Assembly: GCA_039815375.1 (NCBI GenBank)
Contig: JBCBZJ010000008.1
Coordinates: 32,001 to 96,000 of the forward strand
DNA length: 64,000 nt
Direction of reading: 5' to 3'
Source: Verrucomicrobiota bacterium
GTDB taxonomy: Bacteria > Verrucomicrobiota > Verrucomicrobiia > Opitutales > Coraliomargaritaceae
Positions 1-12,016 of this stretch are shown one piece after another. Made by a program: the position numbers and the translations under genes. The first letter of the stretch is position 1. Each line of letters opens with the position of its first letter. The notes beneath the pieces are model-generated. The model searched no databases. It saw only the letters and a list, made by a program, of their open reading frames with translations, and had not been told where the DNA came from.

Positions 1-143
1 GTGGCGGTATTGGCACCGGTGGACGAGGTGGTGTGGGCGTTGGAAGCGGTGTTGGAGTCAGCCCGAACAAGACCAAGCTACTCAAACGAATTGTTTTCGA
101 CCGACAGACTGGTTTGGTCAGCAAGGTCGAGTCTTTCAACTAG
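1..143 (+). CDS. 3' end of a partial CDS with a Gly-rich tail (possible lipoprotein)
   Basis: Frame from nt 3 reads [46 protein letters not shown], ending at TAG 141-143, 5 nt before nadC. Confidence 0.55.
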   Translation, partial: GGIGTGGRGGVGVGSGVGVSPNKTKLLKRIVFDRQTGLVSKVESFN

Positions 144-148
144 GTAAA

Positions 149-1078
149 ATGGCTGCCGAACGACGCTATAGCTGTGAATTTTTGAGTAGTCGCCTGAGCT
201 GGGTGGACTTGGATGCGGATTACCTGCGTCAGTTGGTCGGTCTTGCAAAAATTGAAGATATGGCCGGTGCCGGTCTCAAGCAGCGCCCTACCCGTTTGGG
301 TGATGTGACTACGGCTCTCATGCCCGAAGGAGCTCATGGCTCGGCCAAGCTGGTGGCGCGTGAGCCGATGGTTCTGAGCGGCATAGGAATGGTCTCGTTG
401 ACTTTGGAGGCCTATGGCGAGGCTGTTGAGTTCGTGCCGTCGGTTGCAGATGGAGATCTCCTGGCAAGCGGCGACGTGATAGGCACCTTGCAAGGCGAGG
501 CTGCTTTAATGCTTCAGGCGGAGCGGGTTTTATTGAATTTCCTGCAGCATCTCTCCGGCATTGCTACTGAGACACGGACTTACGTCGACGCTTTGGGAGA
601 GAGCTCTACGGTGCTGCTCGATACACGTAAGACATTGCCTGGATACCGGGTGCTGCAGAAATATGCCTTTGCATGTGGCGGCGGCGTGAACCACCGCATC
701 GGCTTGTTCGACCGAGTCATGCTCAAGGATAACCATCTTGAAGTGGCCGGAGCGAATGGTGGCGACCGGCTGACTGAGGCGGTTGCTCGAGCAAGAAGCA
801 CCTGTGAGGATCTCCCGGTCGAAGTGGAGGTGGATCGTGTCGACCAGATTGTTCCTGTGCTGGAGGCGGGGGCCGACGTCATCTTGTTGGATAATTTTTC
901 GATCGAAGAACTGAAGACTGCAGTTCGGCTAATTGAGAGGCGTGCCTGCACCGAAGCCAGTGGTGGTATCCGCCTGGATACATTAGGAGATCTGGGGCAA
1001 CTCGGTCTCGACTTTATTTCGACGGGTGCACCCGTTCACCAAAGCACTTGGAAAGATATTGGTCTGGACTGGTCATGA
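149..1078 (+). CDS. nadC: Nicotinate-nucleotide pyrophosphorylase (quinolinate phosphoribosyltransferase)
   Basis: Motifs [58 protein letters not shown]. Confidence 0.96.
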   Translation: MAAERRYSCEFLSSRLSWVDLDADYLRQLVGLAKIEDMAGAGLKQRPTRLGDVTTALMPEGAHGSAKLVAREPMVLSGIGMVSLTLEAYGEAVEFVPSVADGDLLASGDVIGTLQGEAALMLQAERVLLNFLQHLSGIATETRTYVDALGESSTVLLDTRKTLPGYRVLQKYAFACGGGVNHRIGLFDRVMLKDNHLEVAGANGGDRLTEAVARARSTCEDLPVEVEVDRVDQIVPVLEAGADVILLDNFSIEELKTAVRLIERRACTEASGGIRLDTLGDLGQLGLDFISTGAPVHQSTWKDIGLDWS

Positions 1079-2097
1079 GTGACAAGGCTTTCGCTTTCCA
1101 AAATCGCGCAATCGACTCAGATAGTGTGTTCATACTCAAAGCTCTCAAGGATGCGGGAGACGATTTCCTCTCAGGTAGTGTTTTGGCAGAGCAGCTCGGC
1201 GTGTCGCGCCCTGCGGTCCATGGAAAACTTGATAAGCTTCGTGAAGAAGGATTTGAAATTGAGGCGGTGCGTAACCGAGGCTACCGCATCACAAAAGAGC
1301 CGGAAGTCCTGCATCCTGCGCTTCTTCGACAAGAGCTCGACGAGTTGGGAAGCTCCATCAGCTTGATTTTCTTTTCCGCGATTGACAGCACAAACAATGA
1401 AGCAGAGCGCCGGATTGCCTCAAGAGAGCCCGCCCCCTTTGCGATTGTTTCCAGTTGCCAGACAAATGGTCGCGGTCGCTTGGGTCGCGAATGGTATAGT
1501 GCTTCTGCTGATAACCTTTATCTATCTGTATTGTTTGAGCCCAACATTCCGCCGCAGCAGCTTCAGCATTTTACGCTTTGGTCGGGTATCTGCATCTGCC
1601 GAAAACTGCAGGCATTGGTTCCGGATGCACCTCTCCAAATAAAGTGGCCGAACGACCTGCACTGCAAAGGGCGAAAAGTTGCAGGCATGCTGACCGAAGC
1701 GAAGATGGATGCCGATTGCATTCGGAGCATCGTTTTCGGGCTGGGACTCAACGTTAACTCGAACCCGAACGATTTCCCGTCTCAAATACGAGCTTTGGCC
1801 ACGAGTTTATATGCGATTTGCGGTATGGAGCTGCCGCTGAATCGTGTTGCCGCCTCTGCTATATCTGCAATTGAGGAGGCATACTCTATATGTATTGAAA
1901 ATACGGATACAAATTCCCTGCCGGAAGCCTGGTCAGCGCTCGATGTGTTAAGGGGCAAGCTGGTTACTGCGGTTATAGACGGAAAAGAGATTTCTGGAAT
2001 TGCTGCAGGGATTGACTCCAGCGGAGCTCTCTTGCTCGCTATGCGCGATGGAAGTGAACGTGCGATCCGGGCGGGTGATGTGACTTTGAAAAAATGA
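1075..2097 (+). CDS. birA: Bifunctional biotin--[acetyl-CoA-carboxylase] ligase / HTH repressor
   Basis: N-terminal HTH ([16 protein letters not shown]), [30 protein letters not shown] overlaps nadC stop. Confidence 0.95.
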   Translation: MSDKAFAFQNRAIDSDSVFILKALKDAGDDFLSGSVLAEQLGVSRPAVHGKLDKLREEGFEIEAVRNRGYRITKEPEVLHPALLRQELDELGSSISLIFFSAIDSTNNEAERRIASREPAPFAIVSSCQTNGRGRLGREWYSASADNLYLSVLFEPNIPPQQLQHFTLWSGICICRKLQALVPDAPLQIKWPNDLHCKGRKVAGMLTEAKMDADCIRSIVFGLGLNVNSNPNDFPSQIRALATSLYAICGMELPLNRVAASAISAIEEAYSICIENTDTNSLPEAWSALDVLRGKLVTAVIDGKEISGIAAGIDSSGALLLAMRDGSERAIRAGDVTLKK

Positions 2098-2861
2098 AGC
2101 AGCTTTGCATAGATGTTGGGAATACGGGCACGCATTATGGCTTGGTCGAAGGCCGCGAGGTCAGTGCTACTGGCCATTTCCCGACAGCTGCGTTCCTCAA
2201 GGGGCCTTCGAAACTGTTTTTCGATACGGTCGCACCTCTTCTGGCTGAGGCAAAAAGGGTTTCGTTCTGCTCTGTCTTCCCGTCGGTAAATGAAAACCTG
2301 CGTGCGAGCCTTTCGTGTGTGACTTTACCCCTCTTCCATCTGACCCACGAGAGCTGTAGGGGCTTGGACTTGGTCTATCCCAAACCGGCCGAGATTGGCC
2401 AGGACCGTATCGCGAACGCCATTGCAGCTCAGGAGTTTTTCGGCACCCCGGCGGTCGTTATCGACATGGGCACTGCAGTGACTCTCGATATCATTTCCTC
2501 TGAGGGGTATGAAGGTGGTATCATTGCTCCCGGAATAGCGGTTATGCGAAAGTATTTGCACGAGCAAACGGCTCTGCTTCCGGAGCTTTCGGAAGATGAT
2601 CTTGTGGATGTGAAAGGTGCGATCGGCAAGTCCACGGTTCACGCCATGCAGATTGGCGTGGCAGTTGGTTTCTCCGGTATGGTTGAAGCTTTATTGCAGC
2701 GAGTCAGAGTCGAAATGCTTCTGAAGAACGATACTGAGCCAGTAGTTCTTTCGACCGGCGGTAGCGCGACCAGTTTAACCGGTGACTGGTCGCAGAAGTG
2801 TGAATTTGTTCCGGACCTGACTCTGGTGGGCCTAGCTGCTGCAGCTCAGCGAGCAGGCTGA
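2094..2861 (+). CDS. coaX: Type III pantothenate kinase
   Basis: [30 protein letters not shown] motifs; follows birA. Confidence 0.95.
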   Translation: MKQLCIDVGNTGTHYGLVEGREVSATGHFPTAAFLKGPSKLFFDTVAPLLAEAKRVSFCSVFPSVNENLRASLSCVTLPLFHLTHESCRGLDLVYPKPAEIGQDRIANAIAAQEFFGTPAVVIDMGTAVTLDIISSEGYEGGIIAPGIAVMRKYLHEQTALLPELSEDDLVDVKGAIGKSTVHAMQIGVAVGFSGMVEALLQRVRVEMLLKNDTEPVVLSTGGSATSLTGDWSQKCEFVPDLTLVGLAAAAQRAG

Positions 2862-2862
2862 T

Positions 2863-3099
2863 TCAGTCTTCACCGTCTTCGCCAATAGCCTCTACCGGGC
2901 AGCCTTCGAGCGCTTCCATGCAGAGCTCTTCGTCCTCCGGTGTCGTTGGCTGGGTATGAACGAAGGAATATCCGCCGTCTTCGTTCCGTGTGAAAAAGTC
3001 CGGAGCGGTTTCACGGCAAAGATCACAGTCGATGCACTGTTCATCGACGTAAAATTTTCCTTCTTTGTTTTCTGGCCATTTTTCGTCCTTTTCTGCCAT
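2863..3099 (-). CDS. Ferredoxin (single cluster)
   Basis: FYVDEQCIDCDLCRETAP...CPVEAIG. Confidence 0.93.
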   Translation of the reverse strand: MAEKDEKWPENKEGKFYVDEQCIDCDLCRETAPDFFTRNEDGGYSFVHTQPTTPEDEELCMEALEGCPVEAIGEDGED

Positions 3100-3249
3100 G
3101 TGCGGCAACATCAGGCATTTAGCTACGGAGTCAAGCGGAAGCAGCAATCCAAATCAGAGGAAATCACTCAGCACTTGCGCCAGAGGAACTGCTAGACATA
3201 TTTGGGGTCCTTTTGCGTGCAAGGCACTAGCTTTGCTAAGATTATTGAA

Positions 3250-4185
3250 ATGCCTTTATACGACCGACCATATATGCGCCAGACGCCTGATGAGCCCGAG
3301 AGCGCTAAGGCCAGCATGGTAACCACCCTGTTGGTGATCACGGTAGGCGTTTTTGTTTTACAAGAGGTGCTCGACGTCTTTCTACCGGGTCCCGGTGGTC
3401 GTGGAAACTATTTCCTCGCAGAGTGGTTTGCGCTGAGTGCGGAGCATTTCATGCAGCTGAAAGTCTGGACGATTCTCAGTTATGGCTTTCTCCACAGCGA
3501 TGCCTGGATGACCTTCTTTTTTATCCCGATACCGTTCGCGCACTTGGTCTTCAACATGCTTATGCTCTATTTTATGGGCCGGCATGTCGAAGCAGTGTTG
3601 GGGAGAGAGCAGTTTCTCTTTTTCTACTTAGGCTGCATTTTAGCCGGAGGGTTATTCTTTTTACTCTTTAATTTCAACAATGCTCATCTGGCGATTGGGG
3701 CGTCAGGAGGCATTGCCGGAGTCTTGTCTTACTTCTGCCTACGCTATCCGGAGAGGCAACTCGTCCTGATTCCGATCCCGATTCCGGTCAAGGCGAAGTG
3801 GATTTTCTACTTCGGACTTGGGGTTTCGCTTCTTGGCGCTTTTGGAAAATGGTTCGGATATGTCGACGGTATTGCGCACTCGGCCCACCTTGGCGGCATC
3901 GTTGCTGCGATAGTTTATTACCGCTTTTTGCAAGATGCATCCGGCAGCTTCCGCAATCGTTCCGGGGCGGCTAAGTCCTCTGTTGAACTGCCTGATTGGT
4001 TCAAACGGAAGAACCGACAGACGTCCGTTCGCAAGCCCAACTATACCGTCAATCGCACAAACCGAGACGATCTCCAACAAGAGGTGGATCGTATTCTCGA
4101 CAAGATCAACGCAACAGGATTTGGCTCTCTTTCCGATATTGAGAAGGAGACGCTCGACCGAGCTAAAGATATTCTACGTAACTAA
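3250..4185 (+). CDS. Rhomboid family intramembrane serine protease with C-terminal cytoplasmic domain
   Basis: [20 protein letters not shown]-terminal [17 protein letters not shown]. Confidence 0.92.
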   Translation: MPLYDRPYMRQTPDEPESAKASMVTTLLVITVGVFVLQEVLDVFLPGPGGRGNYFLAEWFALSAEHFMQLKVWTILSYGFLHSDAWMTFFFIPIPFAHLVFNMLMLYFMGRHVEAVLGREQFLFFYLGCILAGGLFFLLFNFNNAHLAIGASGGIAGVLSYFCLRYPERQLVLIPIPIPVKAKWIFYFGLGVSLLGAFGKWFGYVDGIAHSAHLGGIVAAIVYYRFLQDASGSFRNRSGAAKSSVELPDWFKRKNRQTSVRKPNYTVNRTNRDDLQQEVDRILDKINATGFGSLSDIEKETLDRAKDILRN

Positions 4186-4186
4186 T

Positions 4187-6592
4187 ATGAGTCGTTCTTT
4201 CCGTTTCTTCGCGCGGGCACTGGTCCCCGCTCTTGCCACTCTCCTGCTCTCCTGTTCTTCGCAAGCCGTCGAGGAGACCGACAAGCTCGAGCCTTCACTC
4301 GAGATGGCTTCGCAAACACGCTGGGTGGTGAATACGATCAACGCCCGTCATTATCTTCGCGAAAGTATGCAAAAGCTTGATGGCGAAGAAATGGTGCAGG
4401 CCTACATCGAATCCTTCGACTATTCGCGAATGTATTTTCTCCAGCCTGAGATCGAGAAATTCAACTTTCGCTTTGCTTCCGCGATGGAGAATTTTCTTGA
4501 GAAAGGTAATCTTTATGCCGCCTTTGAGATTTACGAGACCTTCAAGTCCAAGGCGCTGATGCGGAAGCAATGGACTCTTGCGCGGCTGGACGAGGATTGG
4601 AACTTCACAGTCAACGAAACCTTCCGCCCGGATCGCCGTGAAGAGCCTTGGCCTGCCACAGATGAAGAGGCAGATGCCCTTTGGGAGCGCCGTTTGAAGT
4701 ATGAACTCCTCAACGAGCTCATGTCTCTGGCCTCTGAAGATACCATTTCTTCCGATGCGGAATCTTCGGAAGAGATGCCTAGCGTAATGACCGATTCAGG
4801 CAAGGACGACGATGAAGAGTTCGACCCTGCGAAAATCCAGCGACTTCTCGAAGACAAGGTCTTTTATGCCGAGAAACTTGATGAAGCCCGCGATAAGATA
4901 CGCCGCCGCTACGAAAGAAACCTGAAGCATACCATCGAACGCGAGGCAGCAGAAGTGCAGGAGTCCTTTATTAATGCGATGACTCAGCTCTTCGACCCCC
5001 ACTCTACTTTCCTTTCTTCTGATACGCTCGAGAGCTTTAACTCTTCGGTCCAGAACTCTTTTGTCGGAATCGGTGCGATGCTTCAGGATGTCGACGGAAT
5101 CTGCACGATCAAAGAGCTTCTTCCCGGTGGCCCTGCCGAGGAGTCCCGTCAGCTTGAGCCCGAAGATGAAATTCTTGGCGTCGCTCAGGGGAGCACAGAG
5201 TTCGAAGATGTTATCGACATGGAGCTTCGCTATATTGTCCGAAAAATAAAAGGCGAGAAAGGCACGACAGTGCGCCTCCTTATCCGCCCCGGTGATTCTG
5301 CCGATCCTTCCGTTCGTAAAATCGTTTCTATTACCCGCGATGAGGTAAAGCTCACTGCGAATCTTGCCAGCGCCACTCTGATCACTGTTCCGGTAGACGG
5401 TGAGCGCAGCGTTCCGGTGGGTGTGATCGAGCTGCCCTCGTTCTATGGTAATATTGGTGCAGGCAATACGTTGACTACCACCTCGGACGACGTAACTGAG
5501 CTACTGAACAAACTACGCAAACTCGGTGCCGAAGGTATTATCCTCGACTTGAGAATGAACGGTGGCGGCCTGCTGAGTGAAGCGGTTCGTTTGGCCGGGC
5601 TTTTTATTCCTGTCGGTCCAGTGGTTCAAGTTCGTGACAAAGATGGTCGCACTGATGTCCTTTCCGACCGCGATCCACGCATGCTGTGGGACGGGCCTTT
5701 AATTGTTCTAACGTCTCGCTTCAGCGCCTCCGCTTCGGAGATTGTAGCCGGTGCACTTCAGGATCACGACCGTGCACTCATTGTAGGTAACAGCTCGACC
5801 CACGGTAAAGGAACCGTTCAGGAGGTTTATCACATGAACAACAGATTGCCCTTCTCCTGGTTTAAGACTGCCGAACCGGAAGCACGCCCCGTGGCTTCAA
5901 AGATAACAATCAAGCAATTCTATCTTCCTGACGGGAGCTCGACTCAAGTGAAGGGTGTGCCTTCGGATATCGCGCTACCCTCGGTCAACGAGTTCCTCCC
6001 TATCGGTGAGGACGACCTGCCACATGCTTTGCCCTGGGATCAAATTAAGAAAGTCGATTGGATTACCGACTGGGCTAAATTGAAAGTCGATAGCCCGGAA
6101 GACCCTGCTCTTCTGGAAGCTCTGGGTTCTGCAAGCCAGGCTCGCCAGGACACGCTCGAAGAATTCCAATTTCTCAAACAACAGATCGAATGGAGGCGTG
6201 AACGTTTCGACGAGAAGGAAATTTCCGTTAACCTCGCTGAGCGTATCGACAGAAAAATTGAGGAACAGGCCTACATCGAGGAACTTGATGATACCTTTGA
6301 TGTACTGAAGGAGGAGAATTACCCAATGACCGAGGTCCTGCTGGCTGTCACTGAAGAGCAGAATGCCTTGTCCGAAAAAAACCTTTCTGAACCAATTGAA
6401 GCAGGAGACTACGAAAAGAAGGCAGATACACCACAAGCTGCTTCCGAAGCCGACCAGACGATTGAAATTGCAATGGAGGAAGAAGAAGAGGACGAACCAA
6501 GCTATGATATCTATTTGCGCGAAAGCGCCCGCATCATGGCAGACTGGATACTCGAAGTCGCTCCGGAGCGATTGGTGAGTATCAGCAAGTAG
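4187..6592 (+). CDS. prc: Carboxy-terminal processing protease (S41, Prc/Tsp-like)
   Basis: [41 protein letters not shown]-terminal signal peptide. Confidence 0.9.
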   Translation: MSRSFRFFARALVPALATLLLSCSSQAVEETDKLEPSLEMASQTRWVVNTINARHYLRESMQKLDGEEMVQAYIESFDYSRMYFLQPEIEKFNFRFASAMENFLEKGNLYAAFEIYETFKSKALMRKQWTLARLDEDWNFTVNETFRPDRREEPWPATDEEADALWERRLKYELLNELMSLASEDTISSDAESSEEMPSVMTDSGKDDDEEFDPAKIQRLLEDKVFYAEKLDEARDKIRRRYERNLKHTIEREAAEVQESFINAMTQLFDPHSTFLSSDTLESFNSSVQNSFVGIGAMLQDVDGICTIKELLPGGPAEESRQLEPEDEILGVAQGSTEFEDVIDMELRYIVRKIKGEKGTTVRLLIRPGDSADPSVRKIVSITRDEVKLTANLASATLITVPVDGERSVPVGVIELPSFYGNIGAGNTLTTTSDDVTELLNKLRKLGAEGIILDLRMNGGGLLSEAVRLAGLFIPVGPVVQVRDKDGRTDVLSDRDPRMLWDGPLIVLTSRFSASASEIVAGALQDHDRALIVGNSSTHGKGTVQEVYHMNNRLPFSWFKTAEPEARPVASKITIKQFYLPDGSSTQVKGVPSDIALPSVNEFLPIGEDDLPHALPWDQIKKVDWITDWAKLKVDSPEDPALLEALGSASQARQDTLEEFQFLKQQIEWRRERFDEKEISVNLAERIDRKIEEQAYIEELDDTFDVLKEENYPMTEVLLAVTEEQNALSEKNLSEPIEAGDYEKKADTPQAASEADQTIEIAMEEEEEDEPSYDIYLRESARIMADWILEVAPERLVSISK

Positions 6593-6599
6593 TCCATTG

Positions 6600-6726
6600 A
6601 TCGTGGTTTTGTTTAGGAATTACAACATTCGGGAATCTATTACGGACCTTCGAGCCTTTTGACTTCGACGGCGAGTATCCTGTAGCGCACAAAGCCAGCC
6701 AAGCATCAAGCACCTTTCAGAATAAT
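6600..6726 (+). pseudogene. Possible eroded nucleotidyltransferase remnant
   Basis: Fragments FEPFDFDGEY and IKHLSE* end at the start of the next small ORF; family resemblance is recalled, not searched. Confidence 0.3.
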
Positions 6727-6916
6727 GGAAGCTGGGAAAAAAGACTTGTGGAAGGCTGCAACTTTTAAAGGTGCACGGAAAGCGCAGAATGCTGAATTTG
6801 CGCAGCGATCTTTAGTTGAACGCCTCCGCTGGTGCTGCGAAATGTCCGAAATGATTCGGTTACGTGACATATCAGAAGGCAAAGCACCGCCCGCTTTTCG
6901 GGACCGCTACAATTGA
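6725..6916 (+). CDS. Small hypothetical protein resembling partners of nucleotidyltransferase TA-like pairs
   Basis: 63 aa, [15 protein letters not shown]...ERLRWCCEM; converges on and overlaps the prmC 3' end. Confidence 0.5.
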   Translation: MEAGKKDLWKAATFKGARKAQNAEFAQRSLVERLRWCCEMSEMIRLRDISEGKAPPAFRDRYN

Positions 6917-7749
6917 GCAAAGTAGAATCTGGCGCGGCCGCTCAGGTCTGCACGGCTTTCACCCTTTAGCCCCGCGCTTTTGGAAAGCTCGTCCAGTGCG
7001 CTGTGTTGGGCAATGCCGGTCTCCAGTGCGAGTAGCCCGCCTCCAGCAAGGTAGCCCGGGGCTCCAGTTACAATTTGCCGCAGGTCATCGAGGCCGTCGG
7101 CTCCTGAAACTAAGGCGCTGCTCGGCTCATGTTCTATTACCTCGGCTTCAGCAGTCTGCATTTCTACGTCCGTCAGATATGGTGGGTTGGAAACGATGAG
7201 GTCGAATGCTGCTTCCCCTGAAAGTGCTGACCACCAGTCACCTTTTTTAAAACGTATCCGATTTCCGGATACATACTTTTCTGAGTTGTCTCTGGCCAGT
7301 TGGAGAGCATCCGCACTTTGATCGGTTGCGAGCACCTCAGCCTCTGGAAAGGCTACGGCCAGCGCAATGGCGATGGCTCCACTGCCGGTGCCGAGATCGA
7401 GTATACGGGCCGGTGGTTGACTCATACGGTTGCGAATGTATTCGACGAGTTCTTCCGTTTCCGGACGCGGGATAAGCGCTCGCGTATCGACTTTCAGCTT
7501 CAGCCCCGAGAATTCGACGGTACCCAGAATATATTGGAGCGGCTCGCGCTGGGCGCGTCGTTTAACGAGTGGACGCAGTTCGTTCAACTGGCTTTCGGTC
7601 AGTGGGCGTTCGATATCGAGGTAAAGCTCCAGCCTTTTCAAGCCGAGCACGTGGGCGATCAGGAGGTCGGTGTCCAGTTTCGGATTGGGAACGTCCTTTC
7701 CTACAAAGTAAGCAACGGTCTTTTCCTGGATCTCGCGGATGCTTAACAT
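6907..7749 (-). CDS. prmC: Release factor glutamine methyltransferase
   Basis: [29 protein letters not shown]. Confidence 0.97.
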   Translation of the reverse strand: MLSIREIQEKTVAYFVGKDVPNPKLDTDLLIAHVLGLKRLELYLDIERPLTESQLNELRPLVKRRAQREPLQYILGTVEFSGLKLKVDTRALIPRPETEELVEYIRNRMSQPPARILDLGTGSGAIAIALAVAFPEAEVLATDQSADALQLARDNSEKYVSGNRIRFKKGDWWSALSGEAAFDLIVSNPPYLTDVEMQTAEAEVIEHEPSSALVSGADGLDDLRQIVTGAPGYLAGGGLLALETGIAQHSALDELSKSAGLKGESRADLSGRARFYFAQL

Positions 7750-7771
7750 GGATTCATTTGAGCGGATGCTC

Positions 7772-8086
7772 CTACGGGTTGATTAGAGCTATGCCAAGGT
7801 CTTTAAAATCCTTCGTGTGCCGACTCACAAGGGTCAGGCAATGGCACTTCGCCGTTGCTGCAATCCGTGCACCGATTGCAGGCAGTGTGCGGATATTGGA
7901 AAACATCGATCTCGTTTCACAGACTGGAAGAGTACCCGCCAGAATGCTGATCCAGCACGTATGCAAACAATGCCGTGCCTGAGAGGCAAGAATATGAACA
8001 TCGGCCGAGCGTCGTCGAATCTCAGAGATGCCTTTTGTATCCATTAGAAATGGCACTGAGAGGGTATCTAATAAGTTACTTCTCAT
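7772..8086 (-). pseudogene. Degenerate VapC/PIN toxin
   Basis: FLMDTKGISEIRR and IAATAKCHCLTLVSRHTKDF...LINP match PIN N- and C-terminal motifs; middle shortened and the conserved Asp is lost (AIGARIAATA). Confidence 0.7.
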
Positions 8087-8124
8087 GTCTTGCGAAATCG
8101 AAGCCAGCGAAGCGGGAATCGGCT

Positions 8125-9213
8125 CTAGGCTTCCTGTTTGTTCAGCAGGTTTTCGATCCGGGCTTCGTAGTCGTAGTTCTGCAGCGCATTGATTAGCTCC
8201 TCGAGATCGCCGTCGATGACAGATGGGAGTGAGAGGTTCATTCCGATCCGATGGTCACTAAGACGGCCTTGGGGATAGTTGTAGGTGCGGATACGTTCGG
8301 AGCGGTCGCCGGTTCCAATCTGGCCCTTCCGCTCAGCGGCATACTTTGCATTTTCTTCGTCAATCTTTGCTTGGAGCAGTCGCGAACGCATCACTTCCAT
8401 GGCCTTCGCCCGGTTCTTGATTTGTGAACGTTCATCGGCGCAATAGACACTCACTCCGGTTGGCTTGTGGACCATCATGACAGCTGAGTCTGTGGTGTTG
8501 ACGTGCTGGCCCCCTGCTCCGCTAGCGCGCATGGTCGAGATTTCAAGTTCGTTCGGGTTGATCTCGATATCGACATCTTCCGCTTCCGGCAGCACGGCTA
8601 CGGTTGCGGTCGAGGTGTGGATGCGCCCTTGAGTTTCCGTGGCCGGAACGCGCTGGACACGGTGCACGCCACTTTCGAATTTCAGGTATTTGTAGGCATC
8701 TTCACCAGTCAGTTTGAATATGATTTCTTTAAAGCCGCCGACGTCAGCAGGACTGGAACTCATGGTCTCAATGCGCCAGCCGCGGCTTTCCGCGTAGCGG
8801 CTATACATACGGAAAAGATCTCCCGCGAAGATGTTGGCCTCGTCTCCGCCGGCGCCGCCGCGGATTTCCATTACAGAGTTACGGCTGTCGGTTGCATCAG
8901 GCGGGATCATCGCGACGAGCACTTCCTTGACCAGGCTGTCGCGCTGGTTTTCCAAATCGCCGAGCTCTTCTGCTGCCATCTCACGTAGTTCGGCTTCAAC
9001 CGATTCGTCCTCCGCCATCAGCTTGTTTTCTTCAATCTGCTGAACCGTATTATGGTAAGCTTCGAATTTCTCTACGAGGCTGCTCAGTCGTTGATGTTCA
9101 CGCGAGATTTCGGCTGCTCGTCTTTGGTCTGAGTAGAAATTGGGTTCGGCCATCTGTATGTCGAGCTCGGCGAGCTTTTCTTTGAATGGCCCGATGTCGG
9201 GTATCTTGTGCAT
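8125..9213 (-). CDS. prfA: Peptide chain release factor 1
   Basis: GGQ motif, RF1-type PAT tripeptide (VQRVPATE), [11 protein letters not shown]; upstream of prmC. Confidence 0.97.
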   Translation of the reverse strand: MHKIPDIGPFKEKLAELDIQMAEPNFYSDQRRAAEISREHQRLSSLVEKFEAYHNTVQQIEENKLMAEDESVEAELREMAAEELGDLENQRDSLVKEVLVAMIPPDATDSRNSVMEIRGGAGGDEANIFAGDLFRMYSRYAESRGWRIETMSSSPADVGGFKEIIFKLTGEDAYKYLKFESGVHRVQRVPATETQGRIHTSTATVAVLPEAEDVDIEINPNELEISTMRASGAGGQHVNTTDSAVMMVHKPTGVSVYCADERSQIKNRAKAMEVMRSRLLQAKIDEENAKYAAERKGQIGTGDRSERIRTYNYPQGRLSDHRIGMNLSLPSVIDGDLEELINALQNYDYEARIENLLNKQEA

Positions 9214-9284
9214 GGAGGGTGCGCCTTTCTGAAATATGCGTTGCAGTAAACAAGCTAGCCCACAACTATCAGGAGTTGCCTGCA

Positions 9285-10307
9285 ATGATGAAAAAGAACC
9301 TCCATCGCCAGAACATCGTCGCTTGTGTCTGGGATTTCGACAAGACGCTCATCCCCGGCTACATGCAGGCACCGATTTTTGAGGCTTTCGGAATCGATGA
9401 GGATCACTTTTGGAAGGAGGTCAATGCCCTCCCCGAAATCTATGCGCAACGGGGCACTCGTGTTTCTTACGATACGATTTACCTGAACCATTTGCTCAGC
9501 TATGTGAAGAATGGTTGTCTGAAGGGGTTGACGAATCAACGCCTGCGCGAACTCGGGAGCGAGCTGGTCTTCTATCCCGGTCTGCCTGATCTATTTGAAA
9601 AGCTGAAGGAAGTCGTCGCTTCGCGTGCAGAATACAAGAAACACAACATCACGCTCGAGCATTACGTTATCAGCACCGGGCTGGCAGAGATGATCAAGGG
9701 CAGTGCCATTGCGCCACACGTCGATGGAATCTTTGGCTGCGAGTTTATTGAAGCACCGCTCCCGCCGAACTATTCGAAGCAGGACGAGTTACCACTTCAG
9801 ATCGATTTCGAGCTCAGCCAGATTGGCACGATCGTGGATAACACGATCAAGACCCGCTACATCTTCGAGATTAACAAAGGTAGTAACAAGAATCCCAGTA
9901 TCGATGTGAACGCCTCGATGGACCGGGTGGATCGCAGGATTCCGATCGACCGAATGATCTATACTGCGGATGGCCCGAGCGATGTGCCGGTCTTTTCCGT
10001 GGTCAAGAGTAATGGAGGCAAGACCTACGCGGTTTTCAATCCGGAGAGTGAAGCTGAGTTCGCCCAGAATGATGCCTTACTCCACGCAGGTCGTATTCAC
10101 GCCTATGGTCTGGCCGATTATACGGAGAAAAGCACGACTGCGAAGTGGCTACGTATGCATGTGCGCCAGATTTGTGACGCAATTGTGGCCGAGTGCGAAG
10201 ACGAGCTCTCCAAGAAGGTTCGTCGTGCTCCCCGTCATTTGCATGATGATGAAGAAGAGGATTTGAAAAGAAGCACTCCGGAGCCACAGGAAGAACTTTT
10301 CGGATAA
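9285..10307 (+). CDS. HAD-family hydrolase
   Basis: [21 protein letters not shown]. Confidence 0.85.
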   Translation: MMKKNLHRQNIVACVWDFDKTLIPGYMQAPIFEAFGIDEDHFWKEVNALPEIYAQRGTRVSYDTIYLNHLLSYVKNGCLKGLTNQRLRELGSELVFYPGLPDLFEKLKEVVASRAEYKKHNITLEHYVISTGLAEMIKGSAIAPHVDGIFGCEFIEAPLPPNYSKQDELPLQIDFELSQIGTIVDNTIKTRYIFEINKGSNKNPSIDVNASMDRVDRRIPIDRMIYTADGPSDVPVFSVVKSNGGKTYAVFNPESEAEFAQNDALLHAGRIHAYGLADYTEKSTTAKWLRMHVRQICDAIVAECEDELSKKVRRAPRHLHDDEEEDLKRSTPEPQEELFG

Positions 10308-10391
10308 GAAGAACTTTCGACTTATCCCGCAGGCTATTTCCTGATCCTGCACTATAGCGTGGAGGTGTCCTAAGCAAAGCGAAGATTGACA

Positions 10392-10462
10392 AGGATGGGT
10401 GCCCTCAGCCGTCCACCGTGCCTGCCGGATGTGACGGACGCTTGAGGGCAGGCGTCCCTACC
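10392..10462. repeat. GTAG-family REP doublet (left arm degenerate)
   Basis: Reverse complement of 10436-10462 (GGTAGGGACGCCTGCCCTCAAGCGTCC) differs by one base from 30264-30290. Confidence 0.8.
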
Positions 10463-10476
10463 CTGTGGAGAACGCT

Positions 10477-10853
10477 TCATTCGGCAGCCTCTTTATCGGG
10501 CACCCAGAACTGCATCACGAAGGGCTCCGGCTCTTTCGGGTGGGCGGCATCATAGCGCTTCTTTGCCTCAGCTAGGGCGATGCGGCGCTGGTGCTCGATT
10601 TTGAGAGCCGCGAGATGCGTATCGTAATGCGCGAGCAGGGCTTCGAGCCCGGCATTGTCCTCGCCCCCTCCGAAATGACTTCTACTTTTTCCAGTTCTAC
10701 AAGGCGTGCGGCCCCATGTTTCAGCTTTACCGCTTCGCGCGATTCGATGATCACATCCGCTTCGGAAGGGCTGAGAAAATTAGCATCTGTTCCACCGAAC
10801 AGAGCCAACGGGGCCAGGCATAGAAGGAAAATCCGAAGTAAGTAGCGTTTCAT
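10477..10853 (-). pseudogene. Secreted protein remnant, frameshifted and probably internally deleted
   Basis: Signal peptide MKRYLLRIFLLCLAPLALFG; a second frame from about 10660 reads AGLEALLAHYDTHLAALKIEHQRRIALAEAKKRYDAAHPKEPEPFVMQFWVPDKEAAE*. Confidence 0.65.
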
Positions 10854-11008
10854 AAATTAGTAAAACGAGCGACAGCTTGGAAAGTTTACTTCGGTTTGAA
10901 AGTATCAGATATTCTTTTTGGATATTTTGTAGGTTCCAGAGTGGTATAGGTGCCGTTCAAAGAGCGAATCGAGCACTATTCCTATTAAAAGCCTGTAATG
11001 CCATTAGC

Positions 11009-11201
11009 ATGTTCGGCCAAAGAAGTTTCGAGGGCCGGTGTTGCAGTTCAGCTGCTGCAGAAGAAGTTATCCGAGATAGATATCAAGGAGAGTCTTCAGT
11101 GTATTGAGGCCGTGTGATACAGGATCAAGGTGGTGACGCTGACCCGTCTAAGGGAAGCATTAAGTGTGAGTTGGGAAACTCTTTTACCCGGCCTCGATTA
11201 G
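11009..11201 (+). pseudogene. Eroded XRE-family HTH regulator
   Basis: LLQKKLSEIDIKESLQCIEAV*YRIKVVTLTRLREALSVSWETLL with an internal TGA at 11115-11117. Confidence 0.55.
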
Positions 11202-11234
11202 AGTAAGAGTTGTTTTCATATGCAAAAACGACAA

Positions 11235-11262
11235 TTGACATAAGCGCAGCTAAATATATTAT
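11235..11262 (+). promoter_or_regulatory. Sigma70-like promoter
   Basis: TTGACA-16 nt-TATTAT, 12 nt upstream of ATG 11275. Confidence 0.5.
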
Positions 11263-11274
11263 TAAGCACAGCTT

Positions 11275-11733
11275 ATGAGTTTGTGGTTTGTATTTATTTC
11301 AGGCGCATTTTGCGGGTTGGTTGGTGCCTTTGCCATGACCTTTTTTATGGCGTGCGTGAGCTCAGCTTACGGTAAGCGGGTTGATATGACTCTTGCGCTT
11401 GGCAGCTATTTCATTCGGACCACGGATGGAGCGGTTATAGTCGGCCGCTTGATACATGCTGTCTCCGGCTTGGTTTTCGGTGTCGCCTACTTTGCCATCA
11501 TGCATGCGATGGGTGCCTTGGTTTTCCCTTACGCTATTTTTCTTGGTTTGGGCTTCGGCTTTTTCCACGGCTTGCTCATGAGCTACATGCTGATGTTCTA
11601 CGCAAGCGAGCGCCATCCGATCGATGACTACCGTAAAGCGACGCTTGAGGAAGGCTTACTGCACCTTGTAGGCCACTTGATTTTTGGTGGCGTGACGGGT
11701 TTACTCGGGGCGTTGGTGACGTTGATTCTTTAA
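11275..11733 (+). CDS. Hypothetical integral membrane protein (about 4 TM)
   Basis: Hydrophobic helices with His residues (IHAVSG, FFHG, LHLVGHLIFG). Confidence 0.8.
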   Translation: MSLWFVFISGAFCGLVGAFAMTFFMACVSSAYGKRVDMTLALGSYFIRTTDGAVIVGRLIHAVSGLVFGVAYFAIMHAMGALVFPYAIFLGLGFGFFHGLLMSYMLMFYASERHPIDDYRKATLEEGLLHLVGHLIFGGVTGLLGALVTLIL

Positions 11734-12016
11734 CCCGCATTACGCAAACGAACTTCTCAAACTGTATTTCGATTGCTGTAAATGTTTATCAATCAACCAC
11801 ATTTCTAATGGCAAAGGATTAGGGATGTATTCACAGAAATGATATTTTCGAATTGTTCCGGTTCCGGCGGCGGCCGGACCGGTCTTGTCGCTTCGCTCGG
11901 AACTTAGGCGACCGAAGCACGTGGTTGCCTGTCAGCTCAGCAGTCACGTATTCTTATATGCTCCTTTGACCTTTAGTTGCCGAGCGCCCCCGCTCATCCT
12001 ATTGCATAAGGTGGGT

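Noticed and set aside
11860..11925. GC-rich imperfect hairpins between convergent genes
   Set aside because: No second copy in the window and no recognisable RNA family.
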